The notes beneath the pieces were generated by a model. It searched no databases, had not been told where the DNA came from, and saw only the letters and a list, made by a program, of their open reading frames with translations. A program made the translations under genes and the position numbers. From Methanobacteriota archaeon (GTDB lineage: Archaea; Thermoplasmatota; Poseidoniia; Poseidoniales; Poseidoniaceae): a DNA stretch of 64,000 nt. The stretch covers positions 15,598-79,597 of the forward strand of contig JAYOBJ010000003.1 of the NCBI GenBank assembly GCA_038104845.1, written 5' to 3'. How positions within the stretch are numbered: the first letter of the stretch is position 1; the number at the start of each line of letters is the position of its first letter. Positions 49,728 to 58,533 of this stretch are shown piece by piece.

Positions 49728-50969
49728 ATGAAGCGATTTTGTGAAGAATGTGGTGTGGAACAGCAGTGGGAATTGGACAGCGTGCGTGGCGAGATGTGCT
49801 GCGAAGGATGCGGGCTGACGCTCGATTACATCCCGAACGATGCGGATACGAACAGCTCCATTTCCGCCGGTGATGAACGCCAGAATGAACGGGTGAACGC
49901 CCTTGAGGGACGTGGCCCTGGAACCGTGATGAACGCCATGGGCGACCGGTTTGATGCCCAAGGAAACCGACTTTCGGCCGATGCGTTTCGCTTGTACCGA
50001 CGGTTGGGTCGCGTGAACCGCTCCACCCACCGTGAGAAAGACCCGATGTACCGTCAACTCGTTGCAACGTTGCGCGAACTCTTCGGCGAAAACCTCGCCC
50101 TCACGGTGGAGTTCCTGACGCGCGCCACCGCCCAGAAACTCACCCCCATGCAGGAGGCGATCCGCCGCACCCTGTCGCCCAGCGAACAGAAACTGCTGGC
50201 CTGCCCCAAAACCAGCATCACGCGCAAGCCCTCGGGCGTTAAGGGCGAGTCGGACCGTCAAAACCTCGTTTTGATGGCCATTGCCATCGCCGAGTTGGCC
50301 CACGAATGGTTCGGCGCCCTCCACATTGACCGAGCGGCCTTGCTCGCTGAACACGGCCTGACGCAGACCCAATTCAAGAACGCCAAGCGAACCATTTCGC
50401 AGCATTACAAAGCCCGCTGCCGTCAGAAATTCGCACCCATCCCACGACCCGACATGGATGCCGAGATGAAGGCGTACATCAAAAACGGCATCCGTCACGA
50501 CAAGGTGGACGTTCACACCGACCGGTTGTTCAACGAACTGGACAGCCGCCTGACCGATGCACAACACAATGCATTGAACAAGGTGTACGACGGCATGCTG
50601 ACCGCCATTGGCGAGCCCTCCACCGACGCATACACCGCCAACATGGATGAATCCATGCTCTGCTCGGTGGTGATGTTGGCAGCGTTGACGGCCCTGGATC
50701 TCGAGCATCAAAACCTGGCGGCCTTGGGCCGCGCGGTCGGCGACCGCTCCGGTGCCGGCATCAAGAGCCGCTTGGCGCAGCTCCGCTATGAGGTGGAGCG
50801 CGGCATCTTCCCACAGGGTGCTGCCTTGTTCGAGAAGCACCGTTCGCCGCACGGGCGGGAAGGCCAAGCCGACGAGACCCAGACGGATGCTTCAGACGAG
50901 GCCGAACGGACGGACCGTTCCAGCGACCGAAACGGTTCCTCGGACGAGACGAGCGGCTCGGGGCAGTGA
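49728..50969 (+). CDS. tfb: divergent transcription initiation factor TFB/TFIIB paralog (413 aa)
   Basis: N-terminal zinc ribbon 'CEECGVEQQWELDSVRGEMCCEGCGLTL'. Helical cyclin-like region ('NLVLMAIAIAELAHEWFGALHIDRAALLAEHGLTQTQFKNAKRTI'). Unusually long, with an acidic/Ser-rich tail. Confidence 0.7.
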   Translation: MKRFCEECGVEQQWELDSVRGEMCCEGCGLTLDYIPNDADTNSSISAGDERQNERVNALEGRGPGTVMNAMGDRFDAQGNRLSADAFRLYRRLGRVNRSTHREKDPMYRQLVATLRELFGENLALTVEFLTRATAQKLTPMQEAIRRTLSPSEQKLLACPKTSITRKPSGVKGESDRQNLVLMAIAIAELAHEWFGALHIDRAALLAEHGLTQTQFKNAKRTISQHYKARCRQKFAPIPRPDMDAEMKAYIKNGIRHDKVDVHTDRLFNELDSRLTDAQHNALNKVYDGMLTAIGEPSTDAYTANMDESMLCSVVMLAALTALDLEHQNLAALGRAVGDRSGAGIKSRLAQLRYEVERGIFPQGAALFEKHRSPHGREGQADETQTDASDEAERTDRSSDRNGSSDETSGSGQ

Positions 50970-51008
50970 GTCCGCGAGGTTGAAAGGCGCCCCTTCCGTG
51001 GGAGTGTC

Positions 51009-51908
51009 ATGAAGCGCACGCTCACCGTCCTTCTCTCCGTTGCCGTGATGGTCTCGATGATCAACACGGCAGCGGCCTTGCCCGCAGAACCGACCGAGGC
51101 CGGCACCATGTTTGGTGGTCAATGGACCTCGGCGAACAACACATCAGCGCAGGTCACCGAACTTGGCCAACTGAAGGCCGTAGTGGAGGTGTTCACGGCC
51201 ACATGGTGCGAGAATTGCGTTGATGTTGAGCACGCCTTGGAGGACGTTCAAGCAGCAGGATTGCTCCAACAGTACCACATCCATCGGTCCATCGGGGAAA
51301 CCCAAGACCCGTTCGGCACGGATGAACTCGACCAGCGTTGGAAGGACAAATATGGGTACGACTCACCCCCGACCGTGGTGCTCAACGGCTCCATGAAGAA
51401 AATCGGCAGTGTAGCAGACGACGGCACGTTGGTGAATGAATTCACCAACCTTGCCAACACCGACCTCGAACTCGGGAACGGCACGACCGCGTTCTCCTGG
51501 ACACCAACCGACACGCAAACCGGCACCGTCGCTTGGAACCTTGACATCGAAGAGCAGGTGTTGGAAGGCCACGACCTTCACGTCACGGTGTGGTGGGTGG
51601 AAGCCCATGCCGATTTCGAGGAAGGGACCAACGGACTGGGCACCTACCCGCACATCGTACACGCCATCGTTGACCTCGGCGATGCACTGAACGGAAGCGC
51701 CTCGTTGACCCTGCCCGAAGCGCACGATGGGAACGACATGGAGATCCACCTCATCTACGAACTGTCCCCCGCTGAAATGATGGTCAACCCCGCCCCCCCG
51801 GTCGTGGTCGAGGACGAAGCCATGCCGTGGATGAGTGCATGGTCGAGTCTGGCCGCTGTGGTGGCGGTCGCCCTCACGCGTCGTCCACTTGATCCTCGGC
51901 AGGGATGA
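51009..51908 (+). CDS. secreted, C-terminally anchored thioredoxin-fold CxxC protein
   Basis: Signal peptide 'LLSVAVMVSMINTAAALPA'. 'VEVFTATWCENCVDVEHAL' (WCxxC). Beta-rich middle section. C-terminal TM 'WSSLAAVVAVAL' followed by TRR. Confidence 0.6.
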   Translation: MKRTLTVLLSVAVMVSMINTAAALPAEPTEAGTMFGGQWTSANNTSAQVTELGQLKAVVEVFTATWCENCVDVEHALEDVQAAGLLQQYHIHRSIGETQDPFGTDELDQRWKDKYGYDSPPTVVLNGSMKKIGSVADDGTLVNEFTNLANTDLELGNGTTAFSWTPTDTQTGTVAWNLDIEEQVLEGHDLHVTVWWVEAHADFEEGTNGLGTYPHIVHAIVDLGDALNGSASLTLPEAHDGNDMEIHLIYELSPAEMMVNPAPPVVVEDEAMPWMSAWSSLAAVVAVALTRRPLDPRQG

Positions 51909-54333
51909 ACGGCAGCGCATCCTCCCCTCGCTGCTTGTGCCGTGCCGACGGTGCATCCGTCAAATCCTCGTGGTACGGCCACCGAAGGTCTGCCATCTCA
52001 TCGGGTACAGCGAACGGTTCAACGTAATTCCACCAGCGAGGCGGTGCCCCTCGAACACCCTGATCCTGTTGGATCTTCCCCAGAAGTTCACTGAGTTTCA
52101 TCCGAGCGTTGGGAGAGGGGTGGTCGCGACGGACCAGACGAACACTGCGTTCGTGTTCCGTGTCCAACACGTAGCCGGCCAAGCGGGCCATGCGCCGCAT
52201 GAATTTGCGTTCTTGCTGATTGCGCACCGTGACCCTCAGTTCGGTTCGCTCCAGCGAAAGCGCGCCACCGTTGTTCATCGGCAACGAGACCCAAGCGCCA
52301 AGCGGCTGGCGAAGAAGAACATGCCAGATCCGAGCAAACGCCTCACACCATCGGCGTTCACCGTCCCGAACATCCCCCACTTCGTGAACGTCCTCGCGTT
52401 GCCGGTACGGCATCCCGCGAAACCACCGGTGCTCCAAACGGAACATGCGATGGCGGTCCCTGAGCCCGTGACGCACACGGCGATGACGTTGCTCATCGTA
52501 TGGAGGAACCGATGAACGCCAGGCGTTGACCACGTCGTCGTAGGGCAGGTCCGCTCCACATTCCATGGCGGCGCTGAACCGTTCCCGCCACCGACCGTGA
52601 CGTGACGACCCACGTCGGCGATCACGACGGCGGTGTTCCGCCTCGATGTAGCCATGCATCTCCATCTCATGGAAACGATGACGTTGGTCGTCCGGGAAGG
52701 CCCGGCCACCGAACCAAGGACGCCGTTCACCCATCAGTGGCCGCAGCAAACCACGCTCAGCCAATCGATCCAAGCTGGCAACGGCCTCTTGATTGAGCAG
52801 CCCACGCCATCGGTCGTCGGGTTCCTCGGGGAAACCCAAGGGTGTGGCGTTCATCATCATCGATGCGAGGCTGTCGATGTTGATCGCGGCGGTGGCATCG
52901 TTGTAGAGCGAAAGAAACACCGAGCCAAGGGTGTCCCCGATGGGCACCGTGTTCGTGCGCTGACCGCTGTGGATGCACAAGTCCCTCCCTGCGTGGGGTT
53001 TGAACGACGTCCGATGTTGGATGCAATACGGCGCACCGTGCTGGCCCTCCCCCACGCTCACTTCATACACATGCCCAAGTTGACCGATGATGAGCACCCG
53101 GTCGTGTTGGACAGCCACACGAGCACCCAAGATGCCGTTCAAAATGTCGTGGCAAAATTCCAGCGAACGCACCACCTCAGGGGCGTCGATGTTGCGTTTG
53201 AAGTACGGTCGAGACCAGTTGTGTTGCAAACCGAGGAGCAGCTTCCCCGGCCTGGAATCCAATGGGCTCATGGTCAGCGAAATCAAGAGTGCCCACAGGT
53301 CGGGTCGGTTTGGCACCTGCACCAATCGAGTTCGGTTGATGGGCGAACGCACACGAAATTTGATCCGTGACCCACCCATTTGCAAAGGGTGGTCGAGGTT
53401 GTCGACATCGTCCATGGTGGAGACGTGGTCGCGGTAATGTTGCATCCATGGCTCATCGTGATGATCAAACAACCCCGTCGGCCGGTGAGCGAACGCCTCG
53501 TCCACCATGCGTTGGTGCGGAATGTTCCGCACGGTATCGGTGGTGCAGGTTTTGAAATCGTAGGCCCATGCCAGTGCACTCATCGCTTCCTTTGGTGCAC
53601 CCTCACGGGTGCGGTTCACGCGAATCTTCAGTGACAGCCACGACAGCATGGTGCCAATGGGGCGGTGATGGGGGTGAATCAAACGGTGGTAGCGTCCACG
53701 AAAGAAAAAATGGGGGACGTCGGCGTTTTCGTGTTCATCGGGAGCGATGTGCAGCGCTCCCAAACCCGTGTACAATTTGGTCAGATCCCAACCTTCTCGA
53801 ACGGTGGGGTTGCCCAGCACCTCCAGCACCATCGGGTCGGTCACGCGAGCGCCCAAAGGAACGTCGTTCAGGTACCACACGCCGTTCATGCGACGCATCC
53901 ACACGCCGTCGCGAAGCTCAACACCGACGTTCAACCAGTGTTGTTGGTCCGGGCTCAAATCCCGACCCGCCAAGGCATCGCTCATCAAGGCAGCAAACGC
54001 TTCGTCCGAACAAGGCAGCGTGACGACGGGATCGCCACCGTCCGCCAAGCGCGCCCAATTGACGTGGAAGGAATCCTTCATGCGTTGAGCGAGGTGTTTC
54101 CATCGTCGCTGGCTGGACAACGATGAACCGCCAAACAGCGAGATGGCTTCTTCATGTTCCTCATCGCTCAACGGGACATGCCAACCCTCTCGTGGGCGGT
54201 GATTCAGCATGGATCGGCACAGTTCACACACCATCACGCCTTCTTCCGAAGCACGGTTGTGAACGCATGGCAAAGGGTCAACCTTGTTGTCACTCATGAC
54301 CTCATGGTTGTTTGAGGCGATATAAATCTCCAT
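51874..54333 (-). CDS. large hypothetical protein (819 aa from ATG), Arg/His/Trp-rich, no family recognised
   Basis: Uninterrupted ORF with no credible competing ORF on the other strand. The ATG (54331-54333) overlaps the ltaE stop TGA (54333-54335). N-terminal Cys/His cluster 'CVHN...CELCRSMLNH'. Confidence 0.65.
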   Translation of the reverse strand: MEIYIASNNHEVMSDNKVDPLPCVHNRASEEGVMVCELCRSMLNHRPREGWHVPLSDEEHEEAISLFGGSSLSSQRRWKHLAQRMKDSFHVNWARLADGGDPVVTLPCSDEAFAALMSDALAGRDLSPDQQHWLNVGVELRDGVWMRRMNGVWYLNDVPLGARVTDPMVLEVLGNPTVREGWDLTKLYTGLGALHIAPDEHENADVPHFFFRGRYHRLIHPHHRPIGTMLSWLSLKIRVNRTREGAPKEAMSALAWAYDFKTCTTDTVRNIPHQRMVDEAFAHRPTGLFDHHDEPWMQHYRDHVSTMDDVDNLDHPLQMGGSRIKFRVRSPINRTRLVQVPNRPDLWALLISLTMSPLDSRPGKLLLGLQHNWSRPYFKRNIDAPEVVRSLEFCHDILNGILGARVAVQHDRVLIIGQLGHVYEVSVGEGQHGAPYCIQHRTSFKPHAGRDLCIHSGQRTNTVPIGDTLGSVFLSLYNDATAAINIDSLASMMMNATPLGFPEEPDDRWRGLLNQEAVASLDRLAERGLLRPLMGERRPWFGGRAFPDDQRHRFHEMEMHGYIEAEHRRRDRRRGSSRHGRWRERFSAAMECGADLPYDDVVNAWRSSVPPYDEQRHRRVRHGLRDRHRMFRLEHRWFRGMPYRQREDVHEVGDVRDGERRWCEAFARIWHVLLRQPLGAWVSLPMNNGGALSLERTELRVTVRNQQERKFMRRMARLAGYVLDTEHERSVRLVRRDHPSPNARMKLSELLGKIQQDQGVRGAPPRWWNYVEPFAVPDEMADLRWPYHEDLTDAPSARHKQRGEDALPFIPAEDQVDDA

Positions 54334-55376
54334 CAAAATGCGGACCGCATGACCTCGAGAAACCGGTCCACGTCCTCGTCCGTGATGTGCAGGTGAACGA
54401 CGATTCGGACCTTTGTTGGCGCGATGTCGAACACGTCCACACCGTGGCTCGCGAGGGTGGCGGCAACCTCAGACGCTGGTCGTTCGCACGAAACGTACAC
54501 CATGTTCGTTTGAACCGTGTCGAGGTCAACCGAAAAACCGGGCATGCTGTCGACAGCCTGAGCCAATCGGCGTGCCCGTGCATGGTCCTCTGCCAAGCGC
54601 CCCACGTGATGGTCGAGGGCGTGGTGGGCGGCGGCCGCAAGAAGGCCGGCTTGGCGCCAGCCACCTCCAAACATCTTGCGCCAGCGATGGGCTTGTGCAA
54701 TGAAGGCCTTTGAACCCACCAACACGGAGCCCACCGGCGCACCCAACCCCTTGGAGAAGCAGATGGACACCGAGTCGTAAGCCGCACACATGTCCGCAAC
54801 CGAAACACCGGTGGCTTCACTGGCGTTGAAGATGCGGGCACCGTCGATGTGCGTCGCACATCCGTGCGCTCTTGCCACGGCGGCGATGCCGTCCAACGTC
54901 GCCTGATCGTAGCACGCGCCACCGCCAAGGTTGGAGGTGTTCTCAACGCACACCAGTGTACTGTTTGGGTAGTGGCTGCCTGAGCCATCCGCCTTTCGAA
55001 TTGCCGCATGAACTTGTTCGGGGGTCATCAACCCCTTGTGCCCGTCGACCAACGCAATGGACGCACCGCACAGGGCAGCGTACCCGCCGCCCTCGTACCG
55101 GTAGATGTGGGCGGTTCGGTCGCACACGATCTCATCGCCCGGCACGGTGTGGGTTCGAAGGGCAACAGCGTTGGCCATCGTGCCCGAGGCAAGGAACAGG
55201 CCGGCCTCTTTGCCGAACAGCGCCGCAACTCGGGATTCGAGGGACATCACCGTGGGATCGTCGCCGAGCACATCGTCACCAACGTCCGCTTCCATCATGG
55301 CCCGCCGCATCGCAGCGGTGGGTTGGGTGACGGTGTCGGAGCGAAAATCAACGCGGTCCGAGGGGTGTTCGCGCAT
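54333..55376 (-). CDS. ltaE: low-specificity L-threonine aldolase
   Basis: 'DFRSDTVTQPT', 'VGDDVLGDDPT', 'GTMANAVAL', 'VSICFSKGLGAPVGS' (PLP lysine context). Confidence 0.9.
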   Translation of the reverse strand: MREHPSDRVDFRSDTVTQPTAAMRRAMMEADVGDDVLGDDPTVMSLESRVAALFGKEAGLFLASGTMANAVALRTHTVPGDEIVCDRTAHIYRYEGGGYAALCGASIALVDGHKGLMTPEQVHAAIRKADGSGSHYPNSTLVCVENTSNLGGGACYDQATLDGIAAVARAHGCATHIDGARIFNASEATGVSVADMCAAYDSVSICFSKGLGAPVGSVLVGSKAFIAQAHRWRKMFGGGWRQAGLLAAAAHHALDHHVGRLAEDHARARRLAQAVDSMPGFSVDLDTVQTNMVYVSCERPASEVAATLASHGVDVFDIAPTKVRIVVHLHITDEDVDRFLEVMRSAF

Positions 55377-55412
55377 GGCACCCCTTGCGTCCTCCCCTTC
55401 ATCAAGGCGGTG

Positions 55413-55829
55413 TCAAAGAAGTTTGAGTTCGCCCGTCAGGCGGTCAAGGGTTTCGCTCTCAAAAGGACCGAGGGCCAACACGGTCTTCGAACCGGCCGGA
55501 ATCTGGGTGTGACCGGCATCTCGTACCAAATGAAAGGGGACGTTGAGCGTTTTGGCTTCGGTCATCAAACGGTCGAATGCTGCCTCATCGGGCACCTTCA
55601 CACAGATTTTCTTCTGACCGGTGGCCAACCATGCCTCCACATGACCGGCGTGGGTGGGTCCTGCACCGAGGAACGCACCCACGGATGCATGGCCCACCTG
55701 CGCTGCCATCTTTCCCTTGCCCATTTTGAGCGACTGGTTAACCACGCACACCAGCTTCACCGGTCCACGAATGCGGTCCACACCACCGCTTGGGGCCGTG
55801 ATTCGGTGCAACCATGAACGAAGACCCAT
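55413..55829 (-). CDS. pth2: peptidyl-tRNA hydrolase, archaeal type (Pth2), copy B
   Basis: 'KMGKGKMAAQVGHASVGAF', 'GQKKICVKV', 'LVRDAGHTQIPAGSKTVLALGP'. The ORF is open to 55955, but ATG 55829 lies 4 nt after the stop of copy A. Confidence 0.85.
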   Translation of the reverse strand: MGLRSWLHRITAPSGGVDRIRGPVKLVCVVNQSLKMGKGKMAAQVGHASVGAFLGAGPTHAGHVEAWLATGQKKICVKVPDEAAFDRLMTEAKTLNVPFHLVRDAGHTQIPAGSKTVLALGPFESETLDRLTGELKLL

Positions 55830-55833
55830 GCCA

Positions 55834-56217
55834 TCACCACGATGCGAGCGAACCCGTGATGGCGTCCAACGCACGCCGTGGCGCGGGGCCCAACCCGAGG
55901 ACCGTGACCGTACCCGGAGGCAGTTCGGTGCGTCCGGCGTCCTTAATGAGCGCATGCACCACTTGATGCGCTTCTGCCATGGCCAGCAATTCGTTCAGGT
56001 GCGCTTCGTCTTCGGCCGCCAGGCAGACCTTGCGGGCACCGCTTTCCAACCATCGGTCGTACAGGCGGCCATGTTGGCGGGCGCGGCGGGTGCAGGTCAC
56101 CGCTGCATGCGCGCACTGCACAGCCATTTTGCCTGCGGACATCACCACATCTCGGCGAACGATCAGCGCCATGCTGGGCGCATCATCCATCGATGGCATG
56201 GCGTTCAACGACCTCAA
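55834..56217 (-). CDS. pth2: peptidyl-tRNA hydrolase, archaeal type (Pth2), copy A
   Basis: 'MSAGKMAVQCAHAAV', 'GARKVCLAA', 'LIKDAGRTELPPGTVTVLGLGP'. The start may be the Met at 56172 (MALIVRR), which removes the overlap with the upstream gene. Confidence 0.85.
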   Translation of the reverse strand: MRSLNAMPSMDDAPSMALIVRRDVVMSAGKMAVQCAHAAVTCTRRARQHGRLYDRWLESGARKVCLAAEDEAHLNELLAMAEAHQVVHALIKDAGRTELPPGTVTVLGLGPAPRRALDAITGSLASW

Positions 56218-56842
56218 TCACGTGTTCCAAGGAGGTGTCGATTCGGTCCAGGAAACGCATCAACATGGGTGCGCACCAAACCACAACAGCGACGTTGCCG
56301 ATGGCGTGGACGACGTCAAACGGCAAACCCTGAACGAGCAACGAGGTGAACGATGCCGCCGTCGTGCTGCCGTCCACCAGCGAGAACGTTGTGATGAGGC
56401 CGAACAGGAAGGCGGCCACCACCGAGGCCCCCGCCAGCCGAGGGAGGGGTACCGACTCGGATGAGCCCACGTCAAGACGGCTGCCCAACACGGCGATGAC
56501 CGACCACCCCATGGCTTGGAACAACGTCCACCAACCGTCACCAATGACGGCGTTGGAGAGCAACGCCACCAGAACGGCAAACGCCACGCCTCGAGCAGCG
56601 CCGAGCCGTGCACCAACGAGCAGGGCGACCACGGTGACGGGTTGGACGTTGGGCAACGGAACCATCACGACGCGCACAGCAGAACACGCCAACACGAGCG
56701 TGCCCAACAGCGCCATATCGTTCGTTTTCTGGCGTGCGGACGCCACCAACAAGGTGAACACCGAAGCCGCCAGCACCGCATCAAGGACCAACGCAGCGGT
56801 TGGGCTCAATTCCGGCCCGTGGACGCCAACGGCCTCGAACAT
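56183..56842 (-). CDS. 6-TM membrane protein, ECF-transporter S-component-like
   Basis: 'VVMVPLPNVQPVTVVALLVGARLGAARG' resembles the substrate-capture (S) component pattern. Size (219 aa) and TM count fit. The assignment is weak. Confidence 0.45.
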   Translation of the reverse strand: MFEAVGVHGPELSPTAALVLDAVLAASVFTLLVASARQKTNDMALLGTLVLACSAVRVVMVPLPNVQPVTVVALLVGARLGAARGVAFAVLVALLSNAVIGDGWWTLFQAMGWSVIAVLGSRLDVGSSESVPLPRLAGASVVAAFLFGLITTFSLVDGSTTAASFTSLLVQGLPFDVVHAIGNVAVVVWCAPMLMRFLDRIDTSLEHVIEVVERHAIDG

Positions 56843-56873
56843 GGCCCGCCCAGCGAGCGGGTCCCCTTAGGCC

Positions 56874-58529
56874 TTACCTCGCCGAAGCCAGTCGCCAATG
56901 GACGATGGAGGGTTCGGTCAACTCGGCGTCGGCGATGGAGAGGGGCACGCGCTCGCCGTTGACGAAGTACTCCCAACCGTACCCCTCTTGACCGTCGAAG
57001 GCGGTGAGGTAGGGTCCCAAGACGGTGTTTTGAATTTCGAAGGGCAGCCCCATGTCCCCTGCCCCTTCACGGGTCAGCGCTTCAACCGTGGTTTCGCCTG
57101 TATACCCTCCTTCCATCAGGGTCCGATCTTCAAATTCAACGATGAGGACGTGCCCGTCCCGCCAACCCTCAGGCCAGGTTTCGTTCCAGGCAGTGACTGG
57201 TCCTTGGACCACCGGGGCTTCAGCACTCCATTCGCGTACGGCATCGGGCAGCATCACGAGCACCAGAACAAGGGCCACGGCGCTCAACCCGCGCCAACCC
57301 CAAAGCGGGGATGTTCGACGAACGAGCACGGCCAAGCCCACCATGAACGTGGCCAGCACCGCTCCGCCCACGGTTGCCATGGGGTCGTACACAAACGGGG
57401 GCGGGTCAGCGTAGTACACTTCGTGAGCCAACAACACCCCTGCATCGTTGCCCAAGTACATCCGCTCGCCGATGAACAGGGGCGCCGCTGTGCCGTAGGT
57501 GTCGAAGGACGTCACGAGTTTTGAGGCTGTGCCGAAGGTCAGGTTGGACGACACGTCGACGCTGGTCCAACCCCCTTCGGGCGTGTTGATGGGGAACCAC
57601 ACCGATCCCGATCGGTCGCGTTTCATGGCACCGTTGGTGGTGGCGTTCATTCGGTCTTGTACCCTGCACGTTGCCTCGCACAGGACGCTCGTGAGGTGGT
57701 CGCCGTCACCAAACAAGGCGCCTCCGGACACGCGCAGCGGAAGCGCAGGCGAAGGACCCGAGGAAGCGATGAAATCGGTCGAATTGGTGGAGCGATTGAA
57801 CGCCACCAGCGTGCTGTTCGTTGCATGTTGGACGTGCAGCAAGAGGTGGTCGCCGGCCACCACGGGTGGGTGGCGAAGGTGACCCGACAGGTTGGCTCGA
57901 ACCGTTGCTGTGCCGTTTCGGTCGACGTGCCACAACCGCCCCGACTCGTCGCCTTGCCAGAACCCTTCGTCGGTCACGGTCGGCCCGTTGCGCCATCCCA
58001 GCCCGGTTGAGGCGCTGAGGTTCACCTCCCCGGTCGCAATGCACACGCGCAACAAACCGGTTCGGGTGGACACGATCACATGGTCCCCGTCCTTGGCCAA
58101 GGAACCCGTGATGCCCCAAACGTCGACCTCGGTGGCGATGGACCACATGGATGTCCCGTTGCTGGGGTCCAAACGTTCCAAACGACCGTCGGACCAGCCA
58201 GCCAGCAACGAAGGACCTGCATCGCCGCACTCCCCCGCCGTCCGCTTGATGTAGAGCAACGGCGACATGTCGTGCTGGGTGGCGTTGGGGTTCTCGGTTC
58301 GCCACTGCACCTCACCTTGACCGTTGAGCGCCACCACCTCAGGCCGAGCCTCGTCGACCCAGAACCCGGATGAACGAAGGAAAATGTCGGTGCCGTCGGT
58401 TTGGGGTGTCGTGGTGATGTATCCGTCATCCAGGGCGAAGGACCACGAAGCTGTCCAACCTGCAGAAGACAACGGTGCTGCGCCGGCCAAGAGAAACAGC
58501 CCGAGGATGGCGATGGATGCACGGCGCAT
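56874..58529 (-). CDS. secreted PQQ-like beta-propeller protein with two TM helices and a C-terminal DUF4430-like domain
   Basis: Signal peptide 'ASIAILGLFLLAGAAPLSSAG'. Propeller blades with W/G repeats ('EVQWRTE', 'TSMWSIAT', 'GRLWHVD'). TM pair. C-terminal 'GPYLTAFDGQEGYGWEYFVNGERVPLSIADAELTEPSIVHWRL' matches my remembered DUF4430 signature (gW.y.vNg......dgD.i.w). Confidence 0.65.
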   Translation of the reverse strand: MRRASIAILGLFLLAGAAPLSSAGWTASWSFALDDGYITTTPQTDGTDIFLRSSGFWVDEARPEVVALNGQGEVQWRTENPNATQHDMSPLLYIKRTAGECGDAGPSLLAGWSDGRLERLDPSNGTSMWSIATEVDVWGITGSLAKDGDHVIVSTRTGLLRVCIATGEVNLSASTGLGWRNGPTVTDEGFWQGDESGRLWHVDRNGTATVRANLSGHLRHPPVVAGDHLLLHVQHATNSTLVAFNRSTNSTDFIASSGPSPALPLRVSGGALFGDGDHLTSVLCEATCRVQDRMNATTNGAMKRDRSGSVWFPINTPEGGWTSVDVSSNLTFGTASKLVTSFDTYGTAAPLFIGERMYLGNDAGVLLAHEVYYADPPPFVYDPMATVGGAVLATFMVGLAVLVRRTSPLWGWRGLSAVALVLVLVMLPDAVREWSAEAPVVQGPVTAWNETWPEGWRDGHVLIVEFEDRTLMEGGYTGETTVEALTREGAGDMGLPFEIQNTVLGPYLTAFDGQEGYGWEYFVNGERVPLSIADAELTEPSIVHWRLASAR

Positions 58530-58533
58530 GGTT

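Noticed and set aside
55830-55955. Long N-terminal extension of Pth2 copy B overlapping copy A.
   Set aside because: The extension is Arg/Ser/Pro-rich and overlaps the conserved C-terminus of copy A in another frame. ATG 55829 gives a normal-length Pth2.
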